In this document: positions 1 to 10,900 of the stretch, in pieces
How positions within the stretch are numbered: position 1 is the stretch's first letter
Layout: each line of letters opens with the position of its first letter
DNA from: Oikopleura dioica
Taxonomy: Eukaryota > Animalia > Chordata
Reading direction: 5' to 3'
Assembly: GCA_907165135.1 (NCBI GenBank)
Contig: CAJRAX010000009.1
Span: 15,681 to 79,680 of the forward strand
Length of the DNA: 64,000 bases
The notes under the pieces: generated by a model
Told to the model about the DNA's origin: nothing
Databases searched by the model: none
Seen by the model: the letters and a program-made list of their open reading frames with translations, nothing else
Translations under genes and position numbers: made by a program

Positions 1-1662
1 CATATAGACCCTCATTTTACTCCTCCAAGGCATCCTTCTTCTAATGGGCAAGTGGAAAATTATAATCGAACCCTTAAAAGTAGATTACGTGCACGTTGTG
101 GGTTAGTAAATTGGGATCAGAACCTTCAAGAGGTTGTCCATGACCTTAATTCAAGCGAGCATTCAGTCACGAAAACATCCCCTTATTCCCTTCAAATGGG
201 CGTGAAAAACGCTCATGACATTTTTGATCCAAATTTTAGGGCTTCTTTCGAAAAAAGTGATATTGATTTTCAACAAATTAAAAAATTGATCGAAGATGAA
301 AAACAAAATAGGCTTGAGAAATTTTCAAACCCAAAATTTGTGCCTTATCAAATCGGCGACATGGTTCTTATCAAAAATTTCGACGCGAAAAAACCAGCTT
401 TTCTTGGGCCGTATAAAATAAAAAATAAATCGAAAGAGGGAACTTGGTATACAGTCGCGTCTGATGATAAAGAGTTTCGGCGACACGCTGATCATTTGAA
501 AAAATTTAACGCGCGAAAAGAGGATTCGGAAGATTTAGGTCTCTCAGTTGAACTTCCAGATATTCAAGACGATTTTTCGACCTTCCACAAAGACAATGTT
601 TTCGAGCGAGAAAGTTTTTCAAGTGGTTTTTATTCTTGTCCACCTATTTCAATGAAGGAAGATGAAATAGAAGAAAAAATAGACAACATAGTTAATTCAT
701 TAATTGATATTGTTTTTGAGAATATTTTTTCAGACTTGATTGTTGATACAATTGAATCTATGGAATCTTCCTCTGAGGAAAGTTCTTGTGTATCAATAAT
801 CGAGAATGAACAGAGTTTAAGAGAGCCCGATAGTTCGCAAAATATTGAAGCGATACCTAAACCTGACGATTTTCCGGTCTCTGGGTCCCTTATTTCATCT
901 GATTCGGAGTGGGAAATTGAGGAAAATTCTCATTGGGAAGTGACGGTAGACGAAGAATTATCTACGGTTGAAACAGAAACAGTCCATGAAAATATAATAA
1001 CGGAAGATCAAGAACCCCTTATTTCTTACGATAAATTAGATATTTCGGCAAATCGGAAACGCGAAAGAGAATCATCGAAAGACTCCATTCCTTGCTCTAA
1101 AATACCAAATTTAGACCCAAAAGATAGCTCTGATGAAGAGTCAAATGATATGTCGGAAATGATTTGTGAAAACTTCGATACTTCAATAACATTTAAATTA
1201 GAAAACGAGCATGAAAGTTTTTTCCAGAGAATAGAATCGAGAATTGAGGAGCTTGAAGAGAATATGGCAATTGAAAATGGGTGTATTTTGAAGTTGGGTG
1301 AATTAACAAAAGAAGCACTTAGATTTATCTTGCATAAGTTTGATGTTCAATATTTGACAACGGAAACGATATCAGATCTAAGAATAAAAATAAGAGAGTA
1401 TATTTGGAAAAATCACCCTAATTGGCGAAAAAATGCATGCGGAGAGTTACTTTTCTTTTCAATTTTAAATTTGAAAAAGGAAAAAACTCTTTATGATTTG
1501 AAAAAACCTGAATTGAAAGTTCTTATTGCTGAGTATAACCTGCCAAAATGTGTTTTGCAAAATAAGTCAGAAATGATTTTATTTATTAATTCTGCTTTTG
1601 AAAAATTATATCCGAATCATCCAAAAAAGAACAATGATCTCATATTCGGACCAAATATCTAA
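1..1662 (+). CDS. pol: Pol C-terminus: integrase core end, GPY/F module, acidic linker, two SAP/HeH-like domains
   Basis: Frame open from base 1 (HPSSNGQVENYNRTLKSRL with catalytic E; FLGPYKI); homologous to 18900-20550 and 50870-52560. Confidence 0.93.
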   Translation, partial: HIDPHFTPPRHPSSNGQVENYNRTLKSRLRARCGLVNWDQNLQEVVHDLNSSEHSVTKTSPYSLQMGVKNAHDIFDPNFRASFEKSDIDFQQIKKLIEDEKQNRLEKFSNPKFVPYQIGDMVLIKNFDAKKPAFLGPYKIKNKSKEGTWYTVASDDKEFRRHADHLKKFNARKEDSEDLGLSVELPDIQDDFSTFHKDNVFERESFSSGFYSCPPISMKEDEIEEKIDNIVNSLIDIVFENIFSDLIVDTIESMESSSEESSCVSIIENEQSLREPDSSQNIEAIPKPDDFPVSGSLISSDSEWEIEENSHWEVTVDEELSTVETETVHENIITEDQEPLISYDKLDISANRKRERESSKDSIPCSKIPNLDPKDSSDEESNDMSEMICENFDTSITFKLENEHESFFQRIESRIEELEENMAIENGCILKLGELTKEALRFILHKFDVQYLTTETISDLRIKIREYIWKNHPNWRKNACGELLFFSILNLKKEKTLYDLKKPELKVLIAEYNLPKCVLQNKSEMILFINSAFEKLYPNHPKKNNDLIFGPNI

Positions 1663-1900
1663 TATTCAATTTGTTTCTTCCTTAAAAGATGCTCCGAAAA
1701 AAGATACCCATGAGTGGTCATACTGATACGAATAAAGGAAAGAACACAAGAAAAAAAATGAAAAATTGAATATCCCAGTCACATAAATATTTTCGCCAAT
1801 TAGGTTGATTAGGCATGAATTTCACAGTTTTATGTTCCGACGATTTTCGGAGCCAAATCTCGGATGCTTGCATGAATTCATAAATCTCTATTTTTCCCTC

Positions 1901-2440
1901 ATAACGTACGCGTTATTTCACAAATCAAAGGCACATTAGCCACCCGTTTCGGCGGTTCTTTATTTAACTCTTTCTAGTGCTCACTACTTCTTTTATTTAA
2001 TTTTTGAACTGGTAATTATTATTGATGAATCAAGCTGACTCTTCTATGTCTTCAAAACGATGATGGCAATTCTTCTTGACGATAAAAAATCGATCGGCAT
2101 TTTCTACTACTACAACAGAGCTGTTGCATGGATTTCATCCTCTAGCTGAGTTCCGCTTTAAGCGGCTTGACAGTGTGACCCCGTGCTCCTCGGGATGGCG
2201 CTGTCTGTAAGTACTCCTAGGTAGGCAAAATTGATTGAACACTTTTCTGGCTCGCTTAAGGAAAGCTGACCACTCTCCTCAAAACCGACAGAATTGCAGC
2301 TTCAACAATGGCGGCGACTTCTCTGGCAACAACGACGACTACGCAATGGACTGACAACGATTATTGGAACTGGCTTTGGAAAAGTATTAGTAAAAATTTA
2401 TTAAATTCTATCAAAAAGGGATATGGCCACATAGTGGGAA
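1901..2440 (+). ncRNA. Putative conserved structured RNA domain in LTR U3 (core about 2144-2260)
   Basis: Hairpins and a multi-stem core with compensatory changes across divergent LTR subfamilies; function unknown. Confidence 0.65.
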
Positions 2441-2529
2441 GTTGAACTTTTTGATAAAATTTATTTCTTGGGATTAATTTCGAAGCGAACGTGGCTGTTT
2501 CGGCGAATTTCGATTGACAGAAAAACAAT

Positions 2530-2660
2530 TGCGCGAAAAGCGCTCACCATATTTGGAAAGAAAAACATGGCGCGAAATGCGCCGCGCCTTATTTGGAAAG
2601 AAACGCACCTGCGCGAAATGCGAATTGAAAATTTGAAAATTTGAAAAATCACTCTCTCCA
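2530..2660 (+). promoter_or_regulatory. Putative LTR promoter: E2F-like (GCGCGAAA), CArG-like (CCTTATTTGG), tandem CHR-like (TTTGAA) and Inr-like (TCACTC) motifs
   Basis: Motif cluster recurs about 100 bp before the end of A-type LTRs; consensus matches only. Confidence 0.45.
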
Positions 2661-2753
2661 TACTCAAAATAATACAGCCACGTTTTGAAATTTTGGCGTC
2701 ATTCTTTGCAAGAATTCTAGCTAAGAGAGCATTTGAGCAGCAAATCGGTATCA

Positions 2754-4061
2754 GTCATCGTTATCATGAATCGCCCAAAAACGAGATCAAAGTTTTGAAA
2801 TTTCGTTTTTTGCCCTTATTTTATTTGCAGCGTTTTTGCCGTCTTCCGAGCGTCATTTTGGGTGATTCTGAGCCTCTCAAACCCAACAGAAAAAAAATTC
2901 AAAAAAAAAAAAATTTTTTTTCGATGGTCATCGTTATCATGAATCGCCCAAAAACGAGGTCAAAATTTTTAAAATTCGTTTTTTGCCCTTATTTTATTTG
3001 CAGCGTTTCTGCCCACTTCCGAGCGTCATTTTGGTTGATTCTGAGCCTCTCAAACCCAACAGAAAAAAAATTCAAAAAAAAAAAATTTTTTTTTCGATGG
3101 TCATCGTAATCATGAATCGCCCAAAAACGAGGTCAAAATTTTGAAATTTCGTTTTTGCCCTTATTTTATTTGCAGCGTTTCTGCCGTCTTCCGAGCGTCA
3201 TTTTGGTTGATTCTAAGCCTCTCAAACCCAACAGAAAAAAAATTCAAAAAAAAAATTTTTTTTTCGATAGTCATCGTTATCATGAATCGCCCAAAAACGA
3301 GGTCAAAATTTTGAAAATTCGTTTTTTGCTCTTATTTTATTTGCAGCGTTTCTGCCGTCTTCCGAGCGTCATTTTGGTTGATTCTAAGCCTCTCAAATCC
3401 AACAGAAAAAAAATTCAAAAAAAAAAAATTTTTTTTCGATGGTCATCGTTATCATGAATCGCCCAAAAACGAGGTCAAAATTTTGAAAATTCGTTTTTTG
3501 CCCTTATTTTATTTGCAGCGTTTCTGCCGTCTTCCGAGCGTCATTTTGGTTGATTCTGAGCCTCTCAAACTCAACAGAAAAAAAATTCAAAAAAAAAAAT
3601 TTTTTTTCGATGGTCATCGTTATCATGAATCGCCCAAAAACGAGGTCAAAATTTTGAAAGTTCGTTTTTTGCCCTTATTTTATTTGCAGCGTTTTCCGTC
3701 TTCCGAGCGTCATTTTGGTTGATTCTGAGCCTCTCAAACCCAACAGAAAAAACCCAAAAAAATATTTTTCGATGGTCATCGTTATCATGAATCGCCCAAA
3801 AATGAGGTCAAAATTTTGAAATTTCGTTTTTGCCCTTATTTTATTTGCAGCGTTTCTGCCGTCTTCCGAGCGTCATTTTGATTGATTCTTAGCCTCTCAA
3901 ACCCAACAGAAAAAATTCAAAAAAATTTTTTTCGATGGTCATCGTTATCATGAATCGCCCAAAAACGAGGTCAAAATTTTGAAAGTTCGTTTTTTGCCCT
4001 TATTTTATTTGCAGCGTTTCTGCCGTCTTCCGAGCGTCATTTTGGTTGATTCTGAGCTTCT
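2754..4061 (+). repeat. Satellite Sat-A array (~161-173 bp monomer)
   Basis: Tandem GATGGTCATCGTTATCATGAATCGCCC... units at 2923, 3096, 3266, 3438, 3609. Confidence 0.97.
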
Positions 4062-5354
4062 TGATACGGAAGCGGCTGTCCTGCAGGAATTTTGCTCGAT
4101 CTCTAACTCTAGAATGCCAAGCGAAAATAACGAGAATCAAATTTAAAATTTGCGTGGTTTTATTTGTGATTTGAATGCCGGAAAAAGGCGCGACGCGGGG
4201 TTAAATAGCAGCGAGATTCAATCAGTGTTTTTGAACAAGCGGTTGTTTTTGAAAAACAATTTTTCTTTTGAAAACAAGGAAAAGAGCCCGTGGCTTTCTT
4301 TAGCGGTTTTCTTGCGGGAAATCCTTTCGGATCGATTTCTTTTCGGATGATGAGCTGGTCGAACTTGCCAAGCAAGTTATTTTCAAAGGATTTTGAAGCC
4401 GGCGCCGCGCGTGACGAGATAAAACGCAAATTAATTTTTTTTGATAATAAAAAGCAGAAAATAATAACAGCCACTAAAACTTCTCACTATGTGACCGTAG
4501 AAGTGACTGTTAATTAGGATTGAAAAATATAAAAGGATGAGAAAAGAAAAAGAATATGTACAAAATTTTAACAAATAAATTGAATAAAATTTGGTCAGGA
4601 TTTTATAAAATAAATTTATCAAAATTGAAATCATAGAAGAAGCAAATTCCAAGGAACATACCCGGGGGAAGTTACTGTCGCGGTTCGCACCGTATCTTCT
4701 CTTACGGATGAGCTAGTTTGCGACAAGCGGACGCACTGACAGAGAGTTTGTCCGACCCCACGGCACCGAGATGATACGACGGTTTATCGGCTCGTTGGAG
4801 TAGTTGTTGTTGAAGAAGGTGTTGACGGCTATCTTGTTGTAGAAGTTGAATCGTATGAACTGTCAATAATCGAACTTTTAAAATCGCAAAGCAATGATAA
4901 GAAATATCAATAAATAGATTAAACATGCGGTTTTGCGAATTGCATATTTTTGATGAATGGACGTCAGATCGCACTAGAATAGTCAGAAACAAATTAAGAT
5001 TTTTTCCAAAGTATGCGTACATACACATTAATCCTAGACTGAATAAACCCTTAATTAATTTCCGACCCGTTGACTATGATGAGAGCATATGAGCATTCCA
5101 ATGATAAAAGTAGAAATCGTAAAGAGATGACATGATGATAACACAATTTTGGGTCAATCTGGCTCGTAAAAACTGACCATCTTTTCATTTTGAGAAGAAT
5201 ATCGTGAAATGATTTTTGGAAAAATGTCTGATCAATTTGGTGATACCAAGCTGACAAGACAAATTTAAACTAACGTAGAACCGAATTGACGTAAATATTT
5301 GGCCGTGAAATAAATTTTTTGTGTTGCTTGAGGCGTTGTTCCCGAAGGATATCA
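4062..5354 (-). mobile_element. Solo LTR, subfamily C
   Basis: TGATA...TATCA ends; TSD CTTCT at 4057-4061 and 5355-5359; shared LTR hairpins on minus strand. Confidence 0.93.
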
Positions 5355-7701
5355 CTTCTCAAACCCAACAGAAAAAAAATTCAAAAAAAAAATTTTTTTT
5401 TCGATGTTCATCGTTATCATGAATCGCCCAAAAATGAGGTCAAAATTTTGAAAGTTTGTTTTTTGCCCTTATTTTATTTGCAGCGTTTCTGCCGTCTTCC
5501 GAGCGTCATTTTGGTTGATTCTGAGTCTCTCAAACCCAACAGAAAAAAAATTCAAAAAAAAAATTTTTTTTCGATGGTCATTGTTATCATGAATCGCCCA
5601 AAAACGAGGTCAAAATTTTGAAAGTTCGTTTTTTGCCCTTATTTTATTTGCAGCGTTTTTGCCGTCTTCCGAGCGTCATTTTGGTTGATTCTGAGCCTCT
5701 CAAACCCAACAGAAAAAATTCAAAAAATTTTTCGATGGTCATTGTTATCATGAATCGCCCAAAAACGAGGTCAAAATTTTGAAAGTTCGTTTTTGCCCTT
5801 ATTTTATTTGCAGCGTTTTTGCCGTCTTCCGAGCGTCATTTTGGTTGATTCTGAGCCTCTCAAACCCAACAGAAAAAATTCAAAAAAATTTTTCGATGGT
5901 CATTGTTATCATGAATCGCCCAAAAACGAGGTCAAAATTTTGAAAGTTTGTTTTTTGCCCTTATTTTATTTGCAGCGTTTTTGCCGTCTTCCGAGCGTCA
6001 TTTTGATTGATTCTTAGCCTCTCAAACCCAACAGAAAAAAATTCAAAAAAATTTTTTTCGATGGTCATCGTTATCATGAATCGCCCAAAAACGAGGTCAA
6101 AATTTTGAAAGTTCGTTTTTGCCCTTATTTTATTTGCAGCGTTTCTGCCGTCTTCCGAGCGTCATTTTGGTTGATTCTGAGCTTCTCAAACCCAACAGAA
6201 AAAATTCAAAAAAATTTTTTCGATGTTCATCGTTATCATGAATCGCCCAAAAATGAGGTCAAAATTTTGAAAGTTTGTTTTTGCCCTTATTTTATTTGCA
6301 GCGTTTCTGCCGTCTTCCGAGCGTCATTTTGGTTGATTCTGAGCCTCTCAAACCCAACAGAAAAAAATTCAAAAAATTTTTTCGATGGTCATTGTTATCA
6401 TGAATCGCCCAAAAACGAGGTCAAAATTTTGAAAGTTCGTTTTTTGCCCTTATTTTATTTGCAGCGTTTTTGCCGTCTTCCGAGCGTCATTTTGGTTGAT
6501 TCTGAGCCTCTCAAACCCAACAGAAAAAAATTCAAAAAAAAAATTTTTTTTCGATGGTCATTGTTATCATGAATCGCCCAAAAACGAGGTCAAAATTTTG
6601 AAAGTTTGTTTTTGCCCTTATTTTATTTGCAGCGTTTTTGCCGTCTTCCGAGCGTCATTTTGGTTGATTCTGAGCCTCTCAAACCCAACAGAAAAAAATT
6701 CAAAAAATTTTTTCGATGGTCATTGTTATCATGAATCGCCCAAAAACGAGGTCAAAATTTTGAAAGTTTGTTTTTGCCCTTATTTTATTTGCAGCGTTTT
6801 TGCCGTCTTCCGAGCGTCATTTTGATTGATTCTTAGCCTCTCAAACCCAACAGAAAAAAAATTCAAAAAATTTTTTTTTCGATGGTCATCGTTATCATGA
6901 ATCGCCCAAAAACGAGGTCAAAATTTTGAAAGTTCGTTTTTGCCCTTATTTTATTTGCAGCGTTTCTGCCGTCTTCCGAGCGTCATTTTGGTTGATTCTG
7001 AGCTTCTCAAACCCAACAGAAAAAATTCAAAAAAATTTTTCGATGTTCATCGTTATCATGAATCGCCCAAAAATGAGGTCAAAATTTTGAAAGTTTGTTT
7101 TTGCCCTTATTTTATTTGCAGCGTTTCTGCCGTCTTCCGAGCGTCATTTTGGTTGATTCTGAGCCTCTCAAACCCAACAGAAAAAAAATTCAAAAAAAAA
7201 ATTTTTTTTCGATGGTCATTGTTATCATGAATCGCCCAAAAACGAGGTCAAAATTTTGAAAGTTCGTTTTTTGCCCTTATTTTATTTGCAGCGTTTTTGC
7301 CGTCTTCCGAGCGTCATTTTGGTTGATTCTGAGCCTCTCAAACCCAACAGAAAAAATTCAAAAAAATTTTTCGATGGTCATTGTTATCATGAATCGCCCA
7401 AAAACGAGGTCAAAATTTTGAAAGTTTGTTTTTGCCCTTATTTTATTTGCAGCGTTTTTGCCGTCTTCCGAGCGTCATTTTGGTTGATTCTGAGCCTCTC
7501 AAACCCAACAGAAAAAAATTCAAAAAAATTTTTCGATGGTCATTGTTATCATGAATTGCCCAAAAACGAGGTCAAAATTTTGAAAGTTTGTTTTTTGCCC
7601 TTATTTTATTTGCAGCGTTTCTGCCGTCTTCCGAGCGTCATTTTGGTTGATTCTGAGCCTCTCAAACCCAACAGAAAAAATCAAAAAAATTTTTCGATGG
7701 T
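5355..7701 (+). repeat. Sat-A array with ~820-bp 5-mer higher-order repeat
   Basis: Variant monomer GATGTTCAT...AATGAGG recurs at about 5403, 6222, 7042. Confidence 0.95.
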
Positions 7702-7961
7702 TGATACCGAAAGGGATGATTCTCTAAGCTAATCTGCAACTTGCAAAGGAAACAATTAAAAATTCAGGAATCGACGCTATTTTATTTGGTAAGATCGAGA
7801 ATGATTTTCGAATTTCAAATTTTCAAATTTCAATTCCGCGCAGATGGTAAAATTTCCAAATAAGGGCATTTCGCCAAGTATTTCGCGGATGTTTTGATTT
7901 TGCGCGGCGCATTTCGCGCTCTTGTTTTTCTCGTTGTTTTCTTCATTTTCGCCGCAGTGAT

Positions 7962-10900
7962 TGATACGATTCCTGCTTATTTTCTCAAAACGATTCTTGC
8001 TATAAAATACTAAAAATTTATTTGCTGTTGGTGATTTATTGAAAGATCAAGAATGAGGATCAATTTTTGAAAATGGAGAAGGTCAAGTTTTGCCAACCGG
8101 TTTGCGCTGGATTTCCATTGTTAAGAAGTCATGGCGCCATTTACGTCAATTGTCTTTCGCATTATGTAACTTTCTGATGAAATTTTTCATTTTCAATTTA
8201 TCCAAAGGCAAAATAGCCATTATATAATTTTCATAATCTTCGTTATGTAACCCCAATGATTGTGGTTACATAATTTTCGTCTTTTCAAATTTCATTTTTT
8301 TGTATTTTTCTTTGCCACAGCTGGCGCATTTTCTTGAAATCACTCTCAAAACCGGCTTTCTCACTATGTGACCCACCGATTGTGAAAGTATTTCTGGGTT
8401 TCCAAAGCCGTTAAGCAAATCGTAGTCGTTCCAAGCGTTTTTATCGTTGTCCAAAGTGTTGTAGAAGTAGAAGTCGTCGTTGTCTCTGCCATCGGCTCGT
8501 TGTGTAGTTGCCATCTTTGTTTTTTGGTCAGAAAATTTAAAAAAGCAGCCGTAACGGGCTCGACAGTTTTGATTACCATGTCGCGCTTATGTTCGCGGTT
8601 GGCCATATTGAGATATTCTGCTCCAGGCTACTTTGCGAACAGCCACTTTCGTGGAAGCGAAGCATGTAAGGATGATAGGTCCCAACGTCGTCGAAATCAA
8701 GGAAGAAAAGCAGCAGTCGTTCCCCAGCGGTTCGTTGATTTTTATGACAGAAACAAATATTTTTCAGATAAAATTTTCCTAAGAATTTCTTATACTTTTA
8801 TTTACAATCAACACTGTAAATAAAGGCATAGATATATGTGATTTTTAACGTTTTAACGATCATCCTTTTCATGCAATAATAAATTGATGTGATACACGCG
8901 TACGTGCAGAATATGCGAACTAAAATCCTAACCAGTAATTATTTTGTAAAAGCCCTTGAACCCTTAATTTTCCTTTGATTAAATTAGCAAAAAACTTTAC
9001 CCACTTAGTTAAGGGCCCAAGGGAAAATCAATATGGCTCTTATTGATTTTTCTTTGATTAACATGCACTATGGGCTTTTATATTTGAGCAACATTTTTAT
9101 TCATTTTTTTGTATTTTGATTTTTGTTATTTATTCGGAAGGTATCACCATGGCCACGCCAGGGTCTTAAATGAGCATCTTTTGCCTTCGAATATTTGAAG
9201 CCCTAGAACGAGCTCAAGTGTCCGGATAAAAAACAAGTTCACCGTTTTTTGTCGGATGATTTGGAAAGAAAGAGGAAAACTGAGCGATAATAAATTCACG
9301 AATGTTTGATTTTTTGTTAATAAATGAGTTTGGAATTTTTCAAGAGAATAAAAAGAGCAAAGACACTTGAGCTCGTATAAAGAAAACTGCGGAAGAGTTG
9401 TTTCTCTTTTTATTTGCAAAATAGCTAGAAAAAGCAACTCTCCCGAGCTTGATTTTTGCCAATTATTGTGATTCTTGATAATCCAAAATTTCACTTTATT
9501 ACCTAATTCGGATTTGTTATCTGAAGCAGAATGCGTTTCGCCAAAATCAGCGAGGATCGATATCAATGTTTCTTTCGGCAGTTCAGACATTTTCAGAATA
9601 AACCCATTACCGATTTTCTTATTCTTTTTAAAATCATGCAACCCCTGCCTAACTTCGTTAAAAAATTTTCATTTTTGTTTTCCAAAATTATTCCAATCTG
9701 GCAACCTTCAAAATCAAGCATTTCTGCTTCATTCATTAATTCGTTTGTTCTTGTTTTTGGTAATCGAACGGAGCTGTTCGTTATTTCCGAGTCCATTAAA
9801 ATTGTTCTATCGATTTGTTGTCGAGTTTGTACTGTTTTATCTGTTGTTTTTGGGTGAAAAAGGGCCTTTTAAAATCTTGAATGTCAGACAATTCTCCAGA
9901 GCTTCCCCTCGCGCGTTTTGCATTTCTATTAGCACTTATATCAAGTTTGTCATATGATGTTAAGTCGCCCGAAAATTCAATCTGACGAACCGTTTGATTT
10001 CTACAAGGTAATATTGCCGATGAACCCGCTACTATCTCCAGGTCCTCCGTTGAGGTCTCGTCGAAAATGTCATCTTTCCCGCTGATTTCCCTTACATTTT
10101 GAATATTGGCCTGATCAGTTTGTCGGATTCCCTTAACCTCGAGATAAGCCTCTTTAAAAATATCAATTATATTTAAATTAATTAAATTTTCGTAATCCCT
10201 TAAAACGAGAGAATTTTTGAATTCCTCAATGTCTAAACTATCGGAGCTCGATTCGGTTATTGATGATTCTAAATCCGAAAATGAATCTTTACGCAATTCT
10301 AACTTCGATTGCTCTTCAGCTGTGACGGAGAAAAACTCAACATATCTAAACCCCTCAATTGAATTTTTATCCTCGTGCCCATCCCTTACTATTTCATTAT
10401 TATCATGCTCTATTTTTGGAGAGATTTTATCTTGGCGCTCATGAAATTTTCTTAAGTCGTTCGCGTGGCGAATTAGAATTTTCCTGTCTCTAAATTTTTA
10501 CAAGAATACACCGTAGGGGTTTTATTAATAATTATGTAGGGGCCAATAAATGGGGGTCGTTTGATCGAAAATTTCTTAGCAAGACTTTTTCATTGAGGGC
10601 GTATTCTTGAAATTTTTCATTTTTGAGCCTTGCGCATCTCCGAGATTTTTCTTCATCAATATTGTGTTTAATTGCTTTAAAATCAATATTTATTTTATCC
10701 CTATACTGTCTCCAATTGGGGTCATTCAAAAAGTGTGGAACCTCGATTCCTGTTTCAATTGAAAACGGAGAAAATTTTGTGACTGAATGCTTAGAACTAT
10801 TTATTTCGTGAAGAGTTTCCGAAAGATAACGGTCCCAATTATTAAACTGACATCGGGCTTTAAGCCGGCTCTTAAGAGTTCGATTAAAATTTTCGACACT

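Larger units (their letters stand above)
1..2753 (+). mobile_element. Ty3/gypsy LTR retrotransposon, subfamily A, 3' part (truncated by window start)
   Basis: Integrase C-terminal ORF followed by a 1030-bp LTR; right flank GTCAT is Sat-A. Confidence 0.95.
1724..2753 (+). repeat. 3' LTR, subfamily A
   Basis: TGATAC...GGTATCA termini; nearly identical to the clean part of 21938-22987. Confidence 0.95.

Noticed and set aside
500-1662. env gene or chromodomain downstream of integrase
   Set aside because: In frame with integrase; no signal peptide or TM segment; no chromodomain aromatic pattern recognisable
2169-2230. HDV-like (CTCCTCG), pistol-like (TAAGCG..GGT) or twister-like (TAAC) ribozyme assignment
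   Set aside because: Required elements missing: no P1.1 GG or P2 for HDV; the pistol G40-equivalent varies; no twister L4/T1; no hammerhead CUGANGA
2746-2756. GGTATCA as tRNA-iMet PBS
   Set aside because: Solo-LTR TSDs show TATCA is the LTR terminus
2693-7732. Repeated ORFs (HRYHESPKNEVK...) in Sat-A, also 60184-63144
   Set aside because: Translations of satellite monomers; frames shift with homopolymer length
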